From the NCBI GenBank assembly GCA_963664305.2, contig CAXXLV010000001.1:704001-768000 (forward strand): 64,000 bases of DNA, given 5' to 3'. Positions 52,272 to 61,713 of the stretch are shown here, one piece after another; positions within the stretch are counted from its first letter, which is position 1, and the number at the start of each line of letters is the position of its first letter. The notes under the pieces are model-generated. The model did no database searches, had not been told where the DNA came from, and worked only from the letters and a program-made list of their open reading frames with translations. The translations under genes were made by a program, and so were the position numbers. Source of the stretch: an uncultured Aliarcobacter sp. (GTDB lineage: Bacteria; Campylobacterota; Campylobacteria; Campylobacterales; Arcobacteraceae).

Positions 52272-53556
52272 GACTCTCTCCTAGTTTATGGTGATTTATC
52301 AAATTTGCTAATTCAAAAAGTACATAAGTACTTCCCTCATATAAAACATCATTTTTTAGTTGATTTCCTAATCCTTCAAAATCTGGGAAACCTCTTAGCA
52401 TCAAGGCTTTTTTATGTTTTATAGTAAGTCTTTCTCCATGAAAGTTTGAAATTAATACATCACTTTCTTGCAAAAATGATTCCACATCTTCAAAATCTCC
52501 AATTAAAAGATTTTCACATGGGATTTCATCTAATAAATCATTTCTGTGAGTAGTAACAATGGCTTTTATTGTTGCTCCTGCTTCAATAACTGTATTTGCA
52601 ACACTGATTGCTTGGTCTGGTTCAAGAGCAATTACTACTTTTGAACTACCAATTGCAAAGTGTGTATCTAAAAGGGCATCTTGTAATCTTTTTCTCCATC
52701 TAACAATTGATGGATGCGGTTGAGAAATATTTTTTAAGTTGCATAAAGCTTTATAAAAATTATCACTTTGTTCTAATCCACCTAAACTATCAAAATGAAA
52801 TAGATTTAGATTTGCATTTTTTTCAAGCATTTTTTGTCCACATTTTTGAACACTTTGTCCAATAGTAATTACTAAGTGAGAAGTGGCTAATTTTTTAATA
52901 TCTTCTACACTTATTCCACCACTACTTAAAGCTCCTTGTTTTAAACCTAAGTGACCATCAAGTGATTCACTTAAATCTGGAAGTGCAAAAACTTCATATC
53001 CAAAAAGAGAAATAGTATCTTTGATTTTTTCAATTTCTATTGGTTTTAGATTTACGTTTGGAATTATTAAAGCTTTATTTGTATCTATTTCAGAATCTTT
53101 TTCAACAAGTTGGTCAATAGTTGCTTCAACTGCTTTTGCAAAACCACTCTCAATTGAGCCTTCAAAATCAGGTGTATTTACATAAACCATTAGTTGTTGG
53201 TCTTTTACAAGTAAAGTTGCACCTTTTATATCATCACCTTTTGTTTCAGTAAGGCCAGTTGTAAAAAGACCAACTAAATCAGGTTTTACTTTTTTAGTAA
53301 TATTTTTTATACTTTCACTAATAGCATAATCTCCACCATCAATAACAGCAGTTATATCATTTACAGCTGTTGTTTGAACAGCAATTGGGTCATTAAAGTG
53401 TCTAGTGAAAAATACTTTTGTAAATGAGGCACAACCTTGAGCACCATGCATCAATGGCATACAGTTTTTTATTCCTAAAAAAAATAGCATCGCTCCCATA
53501 GGCTGCGATAGTTTTATAGGGTTTAGTTGTAAAGGTTTTTTACTAATAGCTTCCAT
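52261..53556 (-). CDS. nifN: FeMo-co scaffold NifN
   Basis: NPIKLSQPMGA, HGAQGC, TTGLTETKGDD, TPDFEG, R.RLQDALLD.HF; ATG 53556. Confidence 0.93.
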   Translation of the reverse strand: MEAISKKPLQLNPIKLSQPMGAMLFFLGIKNCMPLMHGAQGCASFTKVFFTRHFNDPIAVQTTAVNDITAVIDGGDYAISESIKNITKKVKPDLVGLFTTGLTETKGDDIKGATLLVKDQQLMVYVNTPDFEGSIESGFAKAVEATIDQLVEKDSEIDTNKALIIPNVNLKPIEIEKIKDTISLFGYEVFALPDLSESLDGHLGLKQGALSSGGISVEDIKKLATSHLVITIGQSVQKCGQKMLEKNANLNLFHFDSLGGLEQSDNFYKALCNLKNISQPHPSIVRWRKRLQDALLDTHFAIGSSKVVIALEPDQAISVANTVIEAGATIKAIVTTHRNDLLDEIPCENLLIGDFEDVESFLQESDVLISNFHGERLTIKHKKALMLRGFPDFEGLGNQLKNDVLYEGSTYVLFELANLINHHKLGESHEH

Positions 53557-53584
53557 GGAATTTCCTAGGTTTTTTTTAAAAACT

Positions 53585-53600
53585 TGCAAGAAGTGTTCCT
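53585..53600 (-). promoter_or_regulatory. Sigma54 promoter of nifN
   Basis: Minus strand AGGAACACTTCTTGCA. Confidence 0.75.
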
Positions 53601-53639
53601 AAGCTAAGGGGATTTTTATAAATAAAGAAAATGTAGTTT

Positions 53640-53668
53640 ATATTCAAGTACTAAATGTACTTGAATAT
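53640..53668. terminator. Stem-loop after eat
   Basis: ATATTCAAGTAC-TAAAT-GTACTTGAATAT; no clear U-tail on the minus strand. Confidence 0.55.
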
Positions 53669-53672
53669 GATT

Positions 53673-55082
53673 TTATAGTTCGTGTTCTAACTCTTTTTCA
53701 GCTTTTTCAATCATTGCAAACTCTTCTTGTGCAGTTTTTGCAACAAGATGATTTTTACTATATAAGAAGAAATATAATGAACAAACTACATATAAAATAA
53801 TTGTGTAGTTAAATGCTCTTGGGTCAAATGCATAAACCCCAGTTAAAGCAATAAGTGATAAAACTAATGCCACACCAGAAGTTGCCATTCCTCCAGGAGT
53901 TTTATAAGGTCTTTTCATATCAGGTTGTTTAACTCTTAATAAAATATGACTTAATGCCATAAGTGCATAAGAAATAGTTGCTCCAACAACTGCCATACCA
54001 AGCATTAAATCACCCTCTCCACTTAAAGATGCTAAAAATCCTAAAACACCAGGAACAATAAGTGCCCAAGTTGGAGTTTTTCTTTTACTTGTAAGTGATA
54101 AGAATTGTGGTAAATAACCAGCTCTTGATAAAGCAAAGATTAATCTACTGTAACCATAAATAATTGAGAAAAATGATGCTACAAGACCAGCTAATGCAAG
54201 AACATTTACAATTGTTCCTAATGTTTCATTTCCTGTGAAATTTAAGGCATCTACTAATGGAACTGTACTTTTTCCAATCATTTCAGCACCACTTGCACCT
54301 GCAAGTAAAAATAAAACTAAAACAGCTGTAAATAATAAGAACATCATAGCTCCAATAATACCTTTAGGTACATCTTTAGCAGGATTTTTTGCTTCTTCAG
54401 CTGCTAATGGAACACCTTCAACTGCTAAAAATAACCACATAGCAAAAGGAAGAGCAGCCCAAACTCCATGCCAACCAAAAGGTAAAAATTCAGTAGCTCC
54501 TACAACATCAGCTGATGGTGCAATATTAAATAAATTTGCAGTATTAAAATCACCAATTAAAGCAATTGCAGTTGCAATAATCGCAAATACAGCTAAAGCA
54601 CTAATTACCATCATTGTTTTTAATGCTTCCCCAGCACCTAAAACGTGAATAGCAATAAATACAATATAAAATATTGCATAAACAATTGGACCATTAATAC
54701 CTAATAAACTCTCAGTTGCAGCACCTATAAATATTACAATAGCAGCAGGTGCTAAGGCATACTCTATTAGTATTGCAAGACCAGTTAAAAACCCACCTAT
54801 TGGACCCATAACTTGTCTAGCAAAACTATATCCACCACCAGCAGCAGGAATCATAGCTGACATTTCAGCTAAAGATAATACTAAACAAACATACATGATT
54901 GCCATTAAAACAGAAGAGATTAAAAATCCTCCCCAACCAGCTTCAGCTATACCAAAATTCCATCCAGCAAAATCACCAGAAATTACATAAGATATTCCAA
55001 GTCCTGCAAGTAACATCCAACCAGCAGTTCCTTTTTTCAATTGACGTTTAGCAAGATATTCTTCGTCGATTTTATTTTTCAT
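53673..55082 (-). CDS. eat: Ethanolamine permease (APC family)
   Basis: LGISYVISGDFAGWNFG, PFAMWLFLAVEGVPLAAEE; next to eutBC. Confidence 0.9.
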   Translation of the reverse strand: MKNKIDEEYLAKRQLKKGTAGWMLLAGLGISYVISGDFAGWNFGIAEAGWGGFLISSVLMAIMYVCLVLSLAEMSAMIPAAGGGYSFARQVMGPIGGFLTGLAILIEYALAPAAIVIFIGAATESLLGINGPIVYAIFYIVFIAIHVLGAGEALKTMMVISALAVFAIIATAIALIGDFNTANLFNIAPSADVVGATEFLPFGWHGVWAALPFAMWLFLAVEGVPLAAEEAKNPAKDVPKGIIGAMMFLLFTAVLVLFLLAGASGAEMIGKSTVPLVDALNFTGNETLGTIVNVLALAGLVASFFSIIYGYSRLIFALSRAGYLPQFLSLTSKRKTPTWALIVPGVLGFLASLSGEGDLMLGMAVVGATISYALMALSHILLRVKQPDMKRPYKTPGGMATSGVALVLSLIALTGVYAFDPRAFNYTIILYVVCSLYFFLYSKNHLVAKTAQEEFAMIEKAEKELEHEL

Positions 55083-55095
55083 TTTATTTCCTTAA

Positions 55096-55947
55096 TTAAT
55101 TTAATAAAAAATTTTTTTGTTCTATTACATTTGTTATTTCATCATCTGATGTTCTATCTTTTATATTTACACCAGATAATTGTAGTTTTCTTGATTCTTT
55201 TAATAAATAAACACTTTTTTTTGTAGCCTCCTCATAACTTAGTCCGTCCATACGAACATTTGAAATACAATTTCTATTTGAATCATTTAGCCCAACTTTT
55301 GGTGAATAAGTTAGATATAAACCTAAACTATCAGGTGAGCTTAGCCCTGGTCTTTCACCTATTAAAACTAAAACAGCTTTTGCATTTAAAAGTTCACCAA
55401 TTTCATCACCAATCGCAACTCTTCCTTGCTCAACAATAGTAAAGGGTGCTAGTAACCAATCTTCATCATCATTTACAAGTTCTTTTGAAAGTTTGTGAAT
55501 AAAGTTTGTTGCATTTTCTTTTATTGCAAGTGATGAAAGTCCATCTACTACAACAATTGCTAAATCATAAGATTCTTCTTTTTGAAGATTTTGTAGTTTA
55601 TGTTTTGATTCTTTGTTTAATCTTCTTCCTAAATCAGGTCTTTGAAGATAAACATGTCTATTTGTTGCTTGAGAATGAAGTAATATTGGAGTTACTCCTT
55701 CACTTAATAAACCTTTTGCATTGTTACTTCCAAGTAGTTCAAGTTCCAGTGGCATATTTGAAAAGTCATCTTCTAATTTTTCTATATCAAGCGGTAAATG
55801 AACAGCATCTCTTGCTTTTGCATGAGCTAATTGGAAATCCAATAATTTTTCAGTTGGTAAACTAACTCCCGTTCTTCCTAGTCCAATTCTTGCATCAGTG
55901 TATTCTTTTAAAGCTTCCCAAGGATTTTTAATCACTAATTCATTCAT
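55096..55947 (-). CDS. eutC: Ethanolamine ammonia-lyase light chain
   Basis: T.ARIGLGR.G, HAKARDAV, YLQRPDLGR, IGERPGL, RNCISN. Confidence 0.95.
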   Translation of the reverse strand: MNELVIKNPWEALKEYTDARIGLGRTGVSLPTEKLLDFQLAHAKARDAVHLPLDIEKLEDDFSNMPLELELLGSNNAKGLLSEGVTPILLHSQATNRHVYLQRPDLGRRLNKESKHKLQNLQKEESYDLAIVVVDGLSSLAIKENATNFIHKLSKELVNDDEDWLLAPFTIVEQGRVAIGDEIGELLNAKAVLVLIGERPGLSSPDSLGLYLTYSPKVGLNDSNRNCISNVRMDGLSYEEATKKSVYLLKESRKLQLSGVNIKDRTSDDEITNVIEQKNFLLN

Positions 55948-55948
55948 A

Positions 55949-57346
55949 TTAATTTCCTATAACTTTAGATAAAGAGTTTGCAAAAAGAGGAGGAATATTA
56001 TTGTTTAAAAGGTAGCCATCCATACTTTTAAAGATTTCCATCTTTTCAAGCCATGCTTTAAATTCAGGTGCTGGGTCAAGATTTAATACCCGTCTAGCAT
56101 ATAGTGCATCATGGAAAGATGTAGTTTGATAGTTAAGCATAATATCATCACTTCCAGGAATACCCATAATAAAATTAATTCCAGCAACCCCTAAAAGAGT
56201 TAATAAATTATCCATATCATTTTGGTCAGCTTCTGCATGATTTGTATAACAAATATCACAACCCATTGGAACACCTAAAAGTTTTCCACAAAAGTGGTCT
56301 TCAAGACCTGCTCTACTTATCTCTTTTCCATCATATAAATATTCAGGTCCAATAAAACCAACAACTGTATTTACTAAAAGTGGTGAGAATTTTCTTGCAA
56401 CTGCATAAGCTCTTACTTCACAAGTTTGTTGGTCAACCCCAAAGTTCGCATTTGCTGAAAGTGAACTTCCTTGTCCAGTTTCAAAATACATAACGTTATT
56501 TCCTACAGTTCCTCTATTTAGACTAAGTGCAGCTTCTTGTGCCTCTTTTAGTGTTGCTAGATTAAATCCAAAACTTGAATTAGTGGCTTCTGTTCCTCCA
56601 ATAGATTGGAAAACTAAATCAACAGGGGCTCCTTTTTCAATACATTCGATTGTATTAGTAACATGTGTTAAGATACAAGATTGTGTTGGAATTTGATATT
56701 TTGAAATCACTTCATCAAGTAGTTTTAAAAGTTTAGTAGCTTGATTAACATTATCTGTTGCTGGATTTATTCCAATAACAGCATCACCATTTCCATATAA
56801 TAATCCATCAAGTGTACTCGCAGCTATTCCCATAACATCATCAGTTGGATGGTTTGGTTGAAGTCTTGTTGACAAATGTCCTTTTAGACCAATAGTGTTT
56901 CTAAATTTTGTTATAACTTCACATTTTTTAGCAACCATGATTAAATCTTGATTTCTCATGATTTTACTAACTGCTGCAACCATTTCAGGTGTTAATCCAT
57001 CTTTTACAGCTTGTAAAGTTTTTGTTGTTGTATTATCTGAAAGTAACCAGTTTCTAAACTCTCCAACACTTAAACCTGAAATTGGTTCAAATGCTGTTTT
57101 ATCATGTTCATCAATGATTAATCTTGTTACTTCATCTTTTTCATAAGGTATTAGGGCAGTATTTAAAAACTCTTTTAATGGAACTTCTGAAAGTCTCATT
57201 TGTGCAATTACACGTTCTTCTTCACTGTTAGCCGCAACTTCAGCTAATATATCTCCAGATCTTTTTGGCGTTGCTTTTGCCATCAAATCTTTTAAATCTT
57301 TGAAATGATAAGTTTTATTACCATAAACAAATTTATATTCACTCAT
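55949..57346 (-). CDS. eutB: Ethanolamine ammonia-lyase heavy chain
   Basis: RLQPNHPTDD, GDAVIGINP, YFETGQGS, GLEDHFCGKL, DICYTNH. Confidence 0.97.
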   Translation of the reverse strand: MSEYKFVYGNKTYHFKDLKDLMAKATPKRSGDILAEVAANSEEERVIAQMRLSEVPLKEFLNTALIPYEKDEVTRLIIDEHDKTAFEPISGLSVGEFRNWLLSDNTTTKTLQAVKDGLTPEMVAAVSKIMRNQDLIMVAKKCEVITKFRNTIGLKGHLSTRLQPNHPTDDVMGIAASTLDGLLYGNGDAVIGINPATDNVNQATKLLKLLDEVISKYQIPTQSCILTHVTNTIECIEKGAPVDLVFQSIGGTEATNSSFGFNLATLKEAQEAALSLNRGTVGNNVMYFETGQGSSLSANANFGVDQQTCEVRAYAVARKFSPLLVNTVVGFIGPEYLYDGKEISRAGLEDHFCGKLLGVPMGCDICYTNHAEADQNDMDNLLTLLGVAGINFIMGIPGSDDIMLNYQTTSFHDALYARRVLNLDPAPEFKAWLEKMEIFKSMDGYLLNNNIPPLFANSLSKVIGN

Positions 57347-57482
57347 TAATTACCCCTTTAAAAGGGTAATTCTAACTCAACTTAATTATCAAGTAATCAA
57401 AATAAATGTATAAATTATAAACAAATTACTAATATATTTTGATATATTATTTATTTGCAATTTTTACATAATTTTTACACAA

Positions 57483-58829
57483 TTAGTGATTTTCTCCCCA
57501 AGGTTCAGGGTTACCAACTATTTTAAATACTTTGTTATTTACGGCATTACAAACATCAATAGCAAGATTTATTAAACCACTATAAGCTCCATAACTTACT
57601 TTTTTCTCTTGGTTTACATCAACAAAAGCTACTTTTTTCTTAATAGCTGTATATAAACTTCTTCCACCTGCAAGTAAAATATCAATATTGTGTTCATCAA
57701 TAAGTTTTGATTGTTCACTTGGGTCTTCCATCAAAATTTTTACATATTGAGCACAGATTTCTCTATCTTCTAATGTAGCTTTTTTAACACTTGTAGCAAC
57801 AACATCAATTCCAATATCTTGAAGTGCAGAAGCAATTGACCAAGTTTTATTTCCACCTGTATTTAAAATTGCTTTTTTACCTTCAAGTATTTTTCTATAT
57901 GGAACTAATGCCTCTTCAAGTTTTGCTTCTTCTTCAGCAATTACAGCTTCTGCTCTTTTTGATAACTCTTCATCTCCAAAAGCATTAACTATACTTCTAA
58001 TTGCATTTGTTGTATCTCGTTTTCCATAAAATGAGATAGAGATATATGGAATTTCATATTTTTCTTGCATTTTTCTTGTTAGACTTATAAGTGATTTTGC
58101 ACAAACAATTACGTTTAATTTTGCAGTGTGAGCCATTTGAATATTTTCAATTCTTCCATCACCTGCAAGTGTTGAAACAACTTTTATCCCAATTTTTTCA
58201 AGTAGTGGTGTATATTGCCACATATCACCAGTTACATTATATTCTCCAATCAGATTAATTCCAAAAGGATGAATCTCTTCAGGTTCTCGTGTTCCAATTA
58301 ATTGATGAAGAACTGATTCCCCACCAAGACGTGAGCCTAAATTTTTACCACCAACAAAACCTGGAGAGTGAATAACAACTACTGGAATACCATGTTTTTT
58401 TTCCATTCTATCACATGTATTATCCATATCATCACCAATCATTGCAGTTACACAAGTTTCATATACGAAAATACCTTTTGGATTTTTATGTTCAACAATA
58501 TAATCTATGGCTTCTTCAAGTTTTTTATCACCACCAAAGATTACATCATTTGTATTAACATCTGTTGTAAATCCTGTAACAGTATTATTTTCACCATGAT
58601 GAGAAGTTAAAGTTTGTCTTGTTTCCCAAGATGCTCCAATACAAGTTGCTGGAGAGTGAACTAAATGAACAACATCAGCAAAAGGAAAAAGTGCGATTTG
58701 AGCTCCCTCAAATGCGCAACCTCCGCTTGTTGCTCCTGGTTTTGGTTTATCACATGATGATTTTTTTGTTTTATTATGAGAACATGCACTTTCGCTTAAT
58801 AATTCTTTGATTAATTTTTTATTTACCAT
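57483..58829 (-). CDS. nifE: FeMo-co scaffold NifE
   Basis: GGCAFEGA, HSPATC, YETCVTAMIGDD, IGEYN, IVCAKS, TGGNKTWS. Confidence 0.94.
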   Translation of the reverse strand: MVNKKLIKELLSESACSHNKTKKSSCDKPKPGATSGGCAFEGAQIALFPFADVVHLVHSPATCIGASWETRQTLTSHHGENNTVTGFTTDVNTNDVIFGGDKKLEEAIDYIVEHKNPKGIFVYETCVTAMIGDDMDNTCDRMEKKHGIPVVVIHSPGFVGGKNLGSRLGGESVLHQLIGTREPEEIHPFGINLIGEYNVTGDMWQYTPLLEKIGIKVVSTLAGDGRIENIQMAHTAKLNVIVCAKSLISLTRKMQEKYEIPYISISFYGKRDTTNAIRSIVNAFGDEELSKRAEAVIAEEEAKLEEALVPYRKILEGKKAILNTGGNKTWSIASALQDIGIDVVATSVKKATLEDREICAQYVKILMEDPSEQSKLIDEHNIDILLAGGRSLYTAIKKKVAFVDVNQEKKVSYGAYSGLINLAIDVCNAVNNKVFKIVGNPEPWGENH

Positions 58830-58865
58830 AACGTCCTCTTTTGTTTTGGATTTTTTTATGATTTA

Positions 58866-58881
58866 TGCAAATTCTATTCCC
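58866..58881 (-). promoter_or_regulatory. Sigma54 promoter of nifE
   Basis: Minus strand GGGAATAGAATTTGCA. Confidence 0.75.
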
Positions 58882-58893
58882 ATAAGAAATAAG

Positions 58894-58921
58894 TTCTAAA
58901 TGTCTGTTTAGACATTTAGAA
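58894..58921 (-). terminator. Terminator hairpin of the flavodoxin-fold oxidoreductase gene
   Basis: TTCTAAATGTCT-GTTT-AGACATTTAGAA. Confidence 0.7.
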
Positions 58922-58930
58922 TTAAAAGAA

Positions 58931-59461
58931 TTATTTAGATAGTTGATTTATATATTCAATATAATCTTTCGTATATTTGTTTAATGTCTCTTCTGTTAGT
59001 TTATATTCTGTTCCATAAGATATAAATGGTTTTTTATAGTCCATTTTTACATAGTTTGCAGTTCCAAAAAATGGAGAAAGAAACTCTTCAACACTTTTTT
59101 TATCTTTACCAGTTTCACTAAATGCTTTTTCTTCTCCTCCACAACTAACAGCAACGGCAAAAGCTTTATTTTCTAATTTATAATTAGCACCATAAGCAAA
59201 ATCATATTCAAGGACAAGGTCAAACCACTCTTTTAAAAGTGAAGGCGAACTAAACCAATACATTGGAAATTGAAAAACTATTACATCATGGTTTAACAAT
59301 AACTCTTGTTCTTTTTTTACATCTATTTTAAAGTCTGGATAGTTAGTATATAAATTGTTTATAGTTACATTCTCAAAGTTACTAATTGCATTTGTAAGTT
59401 TTTTATTTACAACTGAATTTTCAATATTTGGATGAACTAAATTTACTAATATTTTTTTCAT
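58931..59461 (-). CDS. Flavodoxin-fold NAD(P)H oxidoreductase (KefF/MdaB-like)
   Basis: HP...S.VN, EQELL..HD.IVFQFPMYWFSSP.LLKEW.D.V. Confidence 0.88.
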   Translation of the reverse strand: MKKILVNLVHPNIENSVVNKKLTNAISNFENVTINNLYTNYPDFKIDVKKEQELLLNHDVIVFQFPMYWFSSPSLLKEWFDLVLEYDFAYGANYKLENKAFAVAVSCGGEEKAFSETGKDKKSVEEFLSPFFGTANYVKMDYKKPFISYGTEYKLTEETLNKYTKDYIEYINQLSK

Positions 59462-59557
59462 AATTAAAGCCTTTTTTATAAATTTAATTGGATTATATAT
59501 AATTATAAAATAAAATGTAAGTATGTACTTTTATGTAATATACTATCAATTAGGAAA

Positions 59558-59917
59558 GTGTCTATGAAAAAAAATGAAGAAAATAATATCACCCAAACGC
59601 CATTTGGTTATACTTTATCTCTAATTTCCGGAAAATGGAAAATGATAATTTTATATTTATTAGCTGAATATGAAGTTATAAGATACAATGAACTACAAAG
59701 AAAAATAGGAGCAATTACTTATAAAATGCTCAGCTCACAATTAAAAGAATTAGAAGCTGATAAATTAATCACAAGAAAAGAATACCCAATGATTCCACCA
59801 AAAGTTGAATACAGTTTAACACAAAGAGGAAAATCTCTTATTCCTATTTTAGATGCTATGTGCGAATGGGGTTATAAAGAAAGACCTGACATAAATTGTA
59901 TTAGTTATTTAAAATAA
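59558..59917 (+). CDS. HxlR-family transcriptional regulator
   Basis: GKWK.IIL, LS.QLKELE.D, IPPKVEYSLT; divergent from the oxidoreductase. Confidence 0.92.
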   Translation: MSMKKNEENNITQTPFGYTLSLISGKWKMIILYLLAEYEVIRYNELQRKIGAITYKMLSSQLKELEADKLITRKEYPMIPPKVEYSLTQRGKSLIPILDAMCEWGYKERPDINCISYLK

Positions 59918-59938
59918 AAAATCACTCTTTCATTATTG

Positions 59939-59954
59939 TGGAATAGTATTTGCA
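59939..59954 (+). promoter_or_regulatory. Sigma54 promoter
   Basis: TGGAATAGTATTTGCA. Confidence 0.8.
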
Positions 59955-59985
59955 AAGTAAATACTGATAAATGAAGGAGTCTAAA

Positions 59986-60375
59986 ATGATTGCTATACCT
60001 CTAGATAAAAAAGATTCAACAACAATATCTGAATTGTTCGGAAACTCTGCATACTTTGCCTTTTTAAATGAAGATACTGGTCATTTCAAGGTAGTGAAAA
60101 ATCAAGGATGTGGAGATGGATTGGAAACAGCTAAGTTTCTTTCAAATCAACATATAAACAGCACAATTTTTTTTCATATGGGAGAAGGAATTTTTAATTC
60201 TTTACAAGAGAATGGAATGAAAGTATATAGTTGTGTAAAAAACTATCTAAGTATCGATGAAATATATAGACAATTTTTATCAGATAAATGTAAAGAAGTT
60301 ACAAAAGCAAATAGTTCAACTCTTTTGGATTCTGGAATGCCAAGTGGTAGTTGTGCTTGTAGTTCAAAAAAGTAG
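59986..60375 (+). CDS. NifB/NifX-family cofactor-binding-like protein
   Basis: IAIP, S..FG...YF, MG.G.F..L; Cys-containing tail; ATG 59986 after AAGGAG. Confidence 0.7.
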   Translation: MIAIPLDKKDSTTISELFGNSAYFAFLNEDTGHFKVVKNQGCGDGLETAKFLSNQHINSTIFFHMGEGIFNSLQENGMKVYSCVKNYLSIDEIYRQFLSDKCKEVTKANSSTLLDSGMPSGSCACSSKK

Positions 60376-60385
60376 GATGTAGCTA

Positions 60386-61357
60386 ATGAGTAAAGATTTA
60401 GAATACTATCTTAGTTTAGATTATCCATTTGAGTGTTACAGCGGCGAACATGAGCTTGGTGATGCTTATTTGGTTGAGTATTTAGATTTTGACATAAAAG
60501 CTGCAAGTGAAGATTATGAAGAAGCAGTAGAACTTGCAAGAGCATATTTAAAAGAGCATATTAAAAAGCAATTAGAGTTAGGAAAAGAGATACCAAATCC
60601 ACATGAAGGAATTAGATTTATGGAACATAGAACAGCATTAGAAGCATACAAAAACAAAGATTTCAAAAAAGCTTTTGAGATTTGGAGTGAAGAAGTAAAT
60701 TATAAAAATGACCAAGCTATGGCAAACCTAGGTTTAATGTACTTAAAAGGTGAAGGTGTTGAAAAAGATTTTTCCAAAGCAAAAGAGTGGTTTGAAAAAT
60801 CAAGCGAGTATGATAATGATTCAGCAAATTTCAATTTAGCTTTGATGTATCAAACAAAAATTGGTGTTGATGAAGATGTAAATAAAGCAATAGAATATTT
60901 TAGAAAAGCTGTAAGAAAAGAGCATGTTCAAGCAGCATTTAGATTAGCTTTGATTTTATTAAAAGATAGACAAAATCTTGATAGTTTAAAAGAAGGTTTT
61001 GACTGCATGATAAAAGCTGCAAAAAATGGTCATGTTATGGCAAAAGTACAGCTTACTGGTTCAGATAAAAGTATAGAAGAAGAAAATGAATTAAATCAAT
61101 TTTTTAGAGCACAAGATTTAAAAAGCCAATTAGAAACTGTAAATGATGCTCTTGAAAGATATATAAGACCAATTTTGAAAAAAGATGGTGGAGATATTGT
61201 TTTGATTGATTACAAAAATGAACCAGAAATAGAGTTAAGACTTGCATATCAAGGGAACTGTGTTGGTTGTTCAATAGCTTCAACTGGAACATACGAGATG
61301 ATTAAAAATACTATTGAACAAATAATAGATAAAAGGGTTAGGATTTTTATATTATGA
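60386..61357 (+). CDS. HicB-like / SEL1-repeat / NifU-C (Nfu) fusion protein
   Basis: KDLEYYLSLDY...EEAVELA...G.EIP.P; AMANLGLMY..GEGV.KD..KA..WF SEL1 repeats; IRP.L..DGGD...Y.GNCVGC. Confidence 0.75.
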   Translation: MSKDLEYYLSLDYPFECYSGEHELGDAYLVEYLDFDIKAASEDYEEAVELARAYLKEHIKKQLELGKEIPNPHEGIRFMEHRTALEAYKNKDFKKAFEIWSEEVNYKNDQAMANLGLMYLKGEGVEKDFSKAKEWFEKSSEYDNDSANFNLALMYQTKIGVDEDVNKAIEYFRKAVRKEHVQAAFRLALILLKDRQNLDSLKEGFDCMIKAAKNGHVMAKVQLTGSDKSIEEENELNQFFRAQDLKSQLETVNDALERYIRPILKKDGGDIVLIDYKNEPEIELRLAYQGNCVGCSIASTGTYEMIKNTIEQIIDKRVRIFIL

Positions 61358-61713
61358 AAATTGCATTTGCTTCAAAAGACAATGTTTATGTTAATCAACA
61401 TTTTGGTTGGTGTAAAGAATTTTATATCTATGAAATAATAGGAAATGAATACACTTTTTTAAGAGCTGTTGATTCATCTCTTGAAATTGATGATGAGATA
61501 GAAAAACTTTCATACAAAATCGAGTGTCTTGAAGATAGTGATATTTTATATGTGCAACAAATTGGACCAAAGGCTTCAATGATGGTTAAATCATGTAAAA
61601 TTTTTCCAATGCAATCAAGTAGAGAAAATGAAAAAATTGTTGATATTTTAGAACAATTAATAAAAATGCAAGAAAATCCACCTATTTGGATGAGAAGGTT
61701 ACTACAACAATGA
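61354..61713 (+). CDS. NifX/NifY-family protein
   Basis: MKIAFAS.D...VNQHFGW...F.IYE, IGP.A, PP.W. Confidence 0.82.
   Translation: MKIAFASKDNVYVNQHFGWCKEFYIYEIIGNEYTFLRAVDSSLEIDDEIEKLSYKIECLEDSDILYVQQIGPKASMMVKSCKIFPMQSSRENEKIVDILEQLIKMQENPPIWMRRLLQQ

Noticed and set aside
45360..57428. Identical 16-mer AATTATAAACAAATTA at 45360-45375 and 57413-57428
   Set aside because: On the minus strand both read as a TATAAT -10 region in very AT-rich DNA; best explained as sigma70 promoters or chance.
58901..58914. TGT...ACA near the nifE promoter as a NifA site
   Set aside because: Spacing is N8, it is too close to the promoter, and it is the stem of a terminator hairpin.
60386..60610. A HicAB toxin-antitoxin module
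   Set aside because: No hicA-like ORF is present and the HicB-like part is fused in frame to SEL1/Nfu domains.
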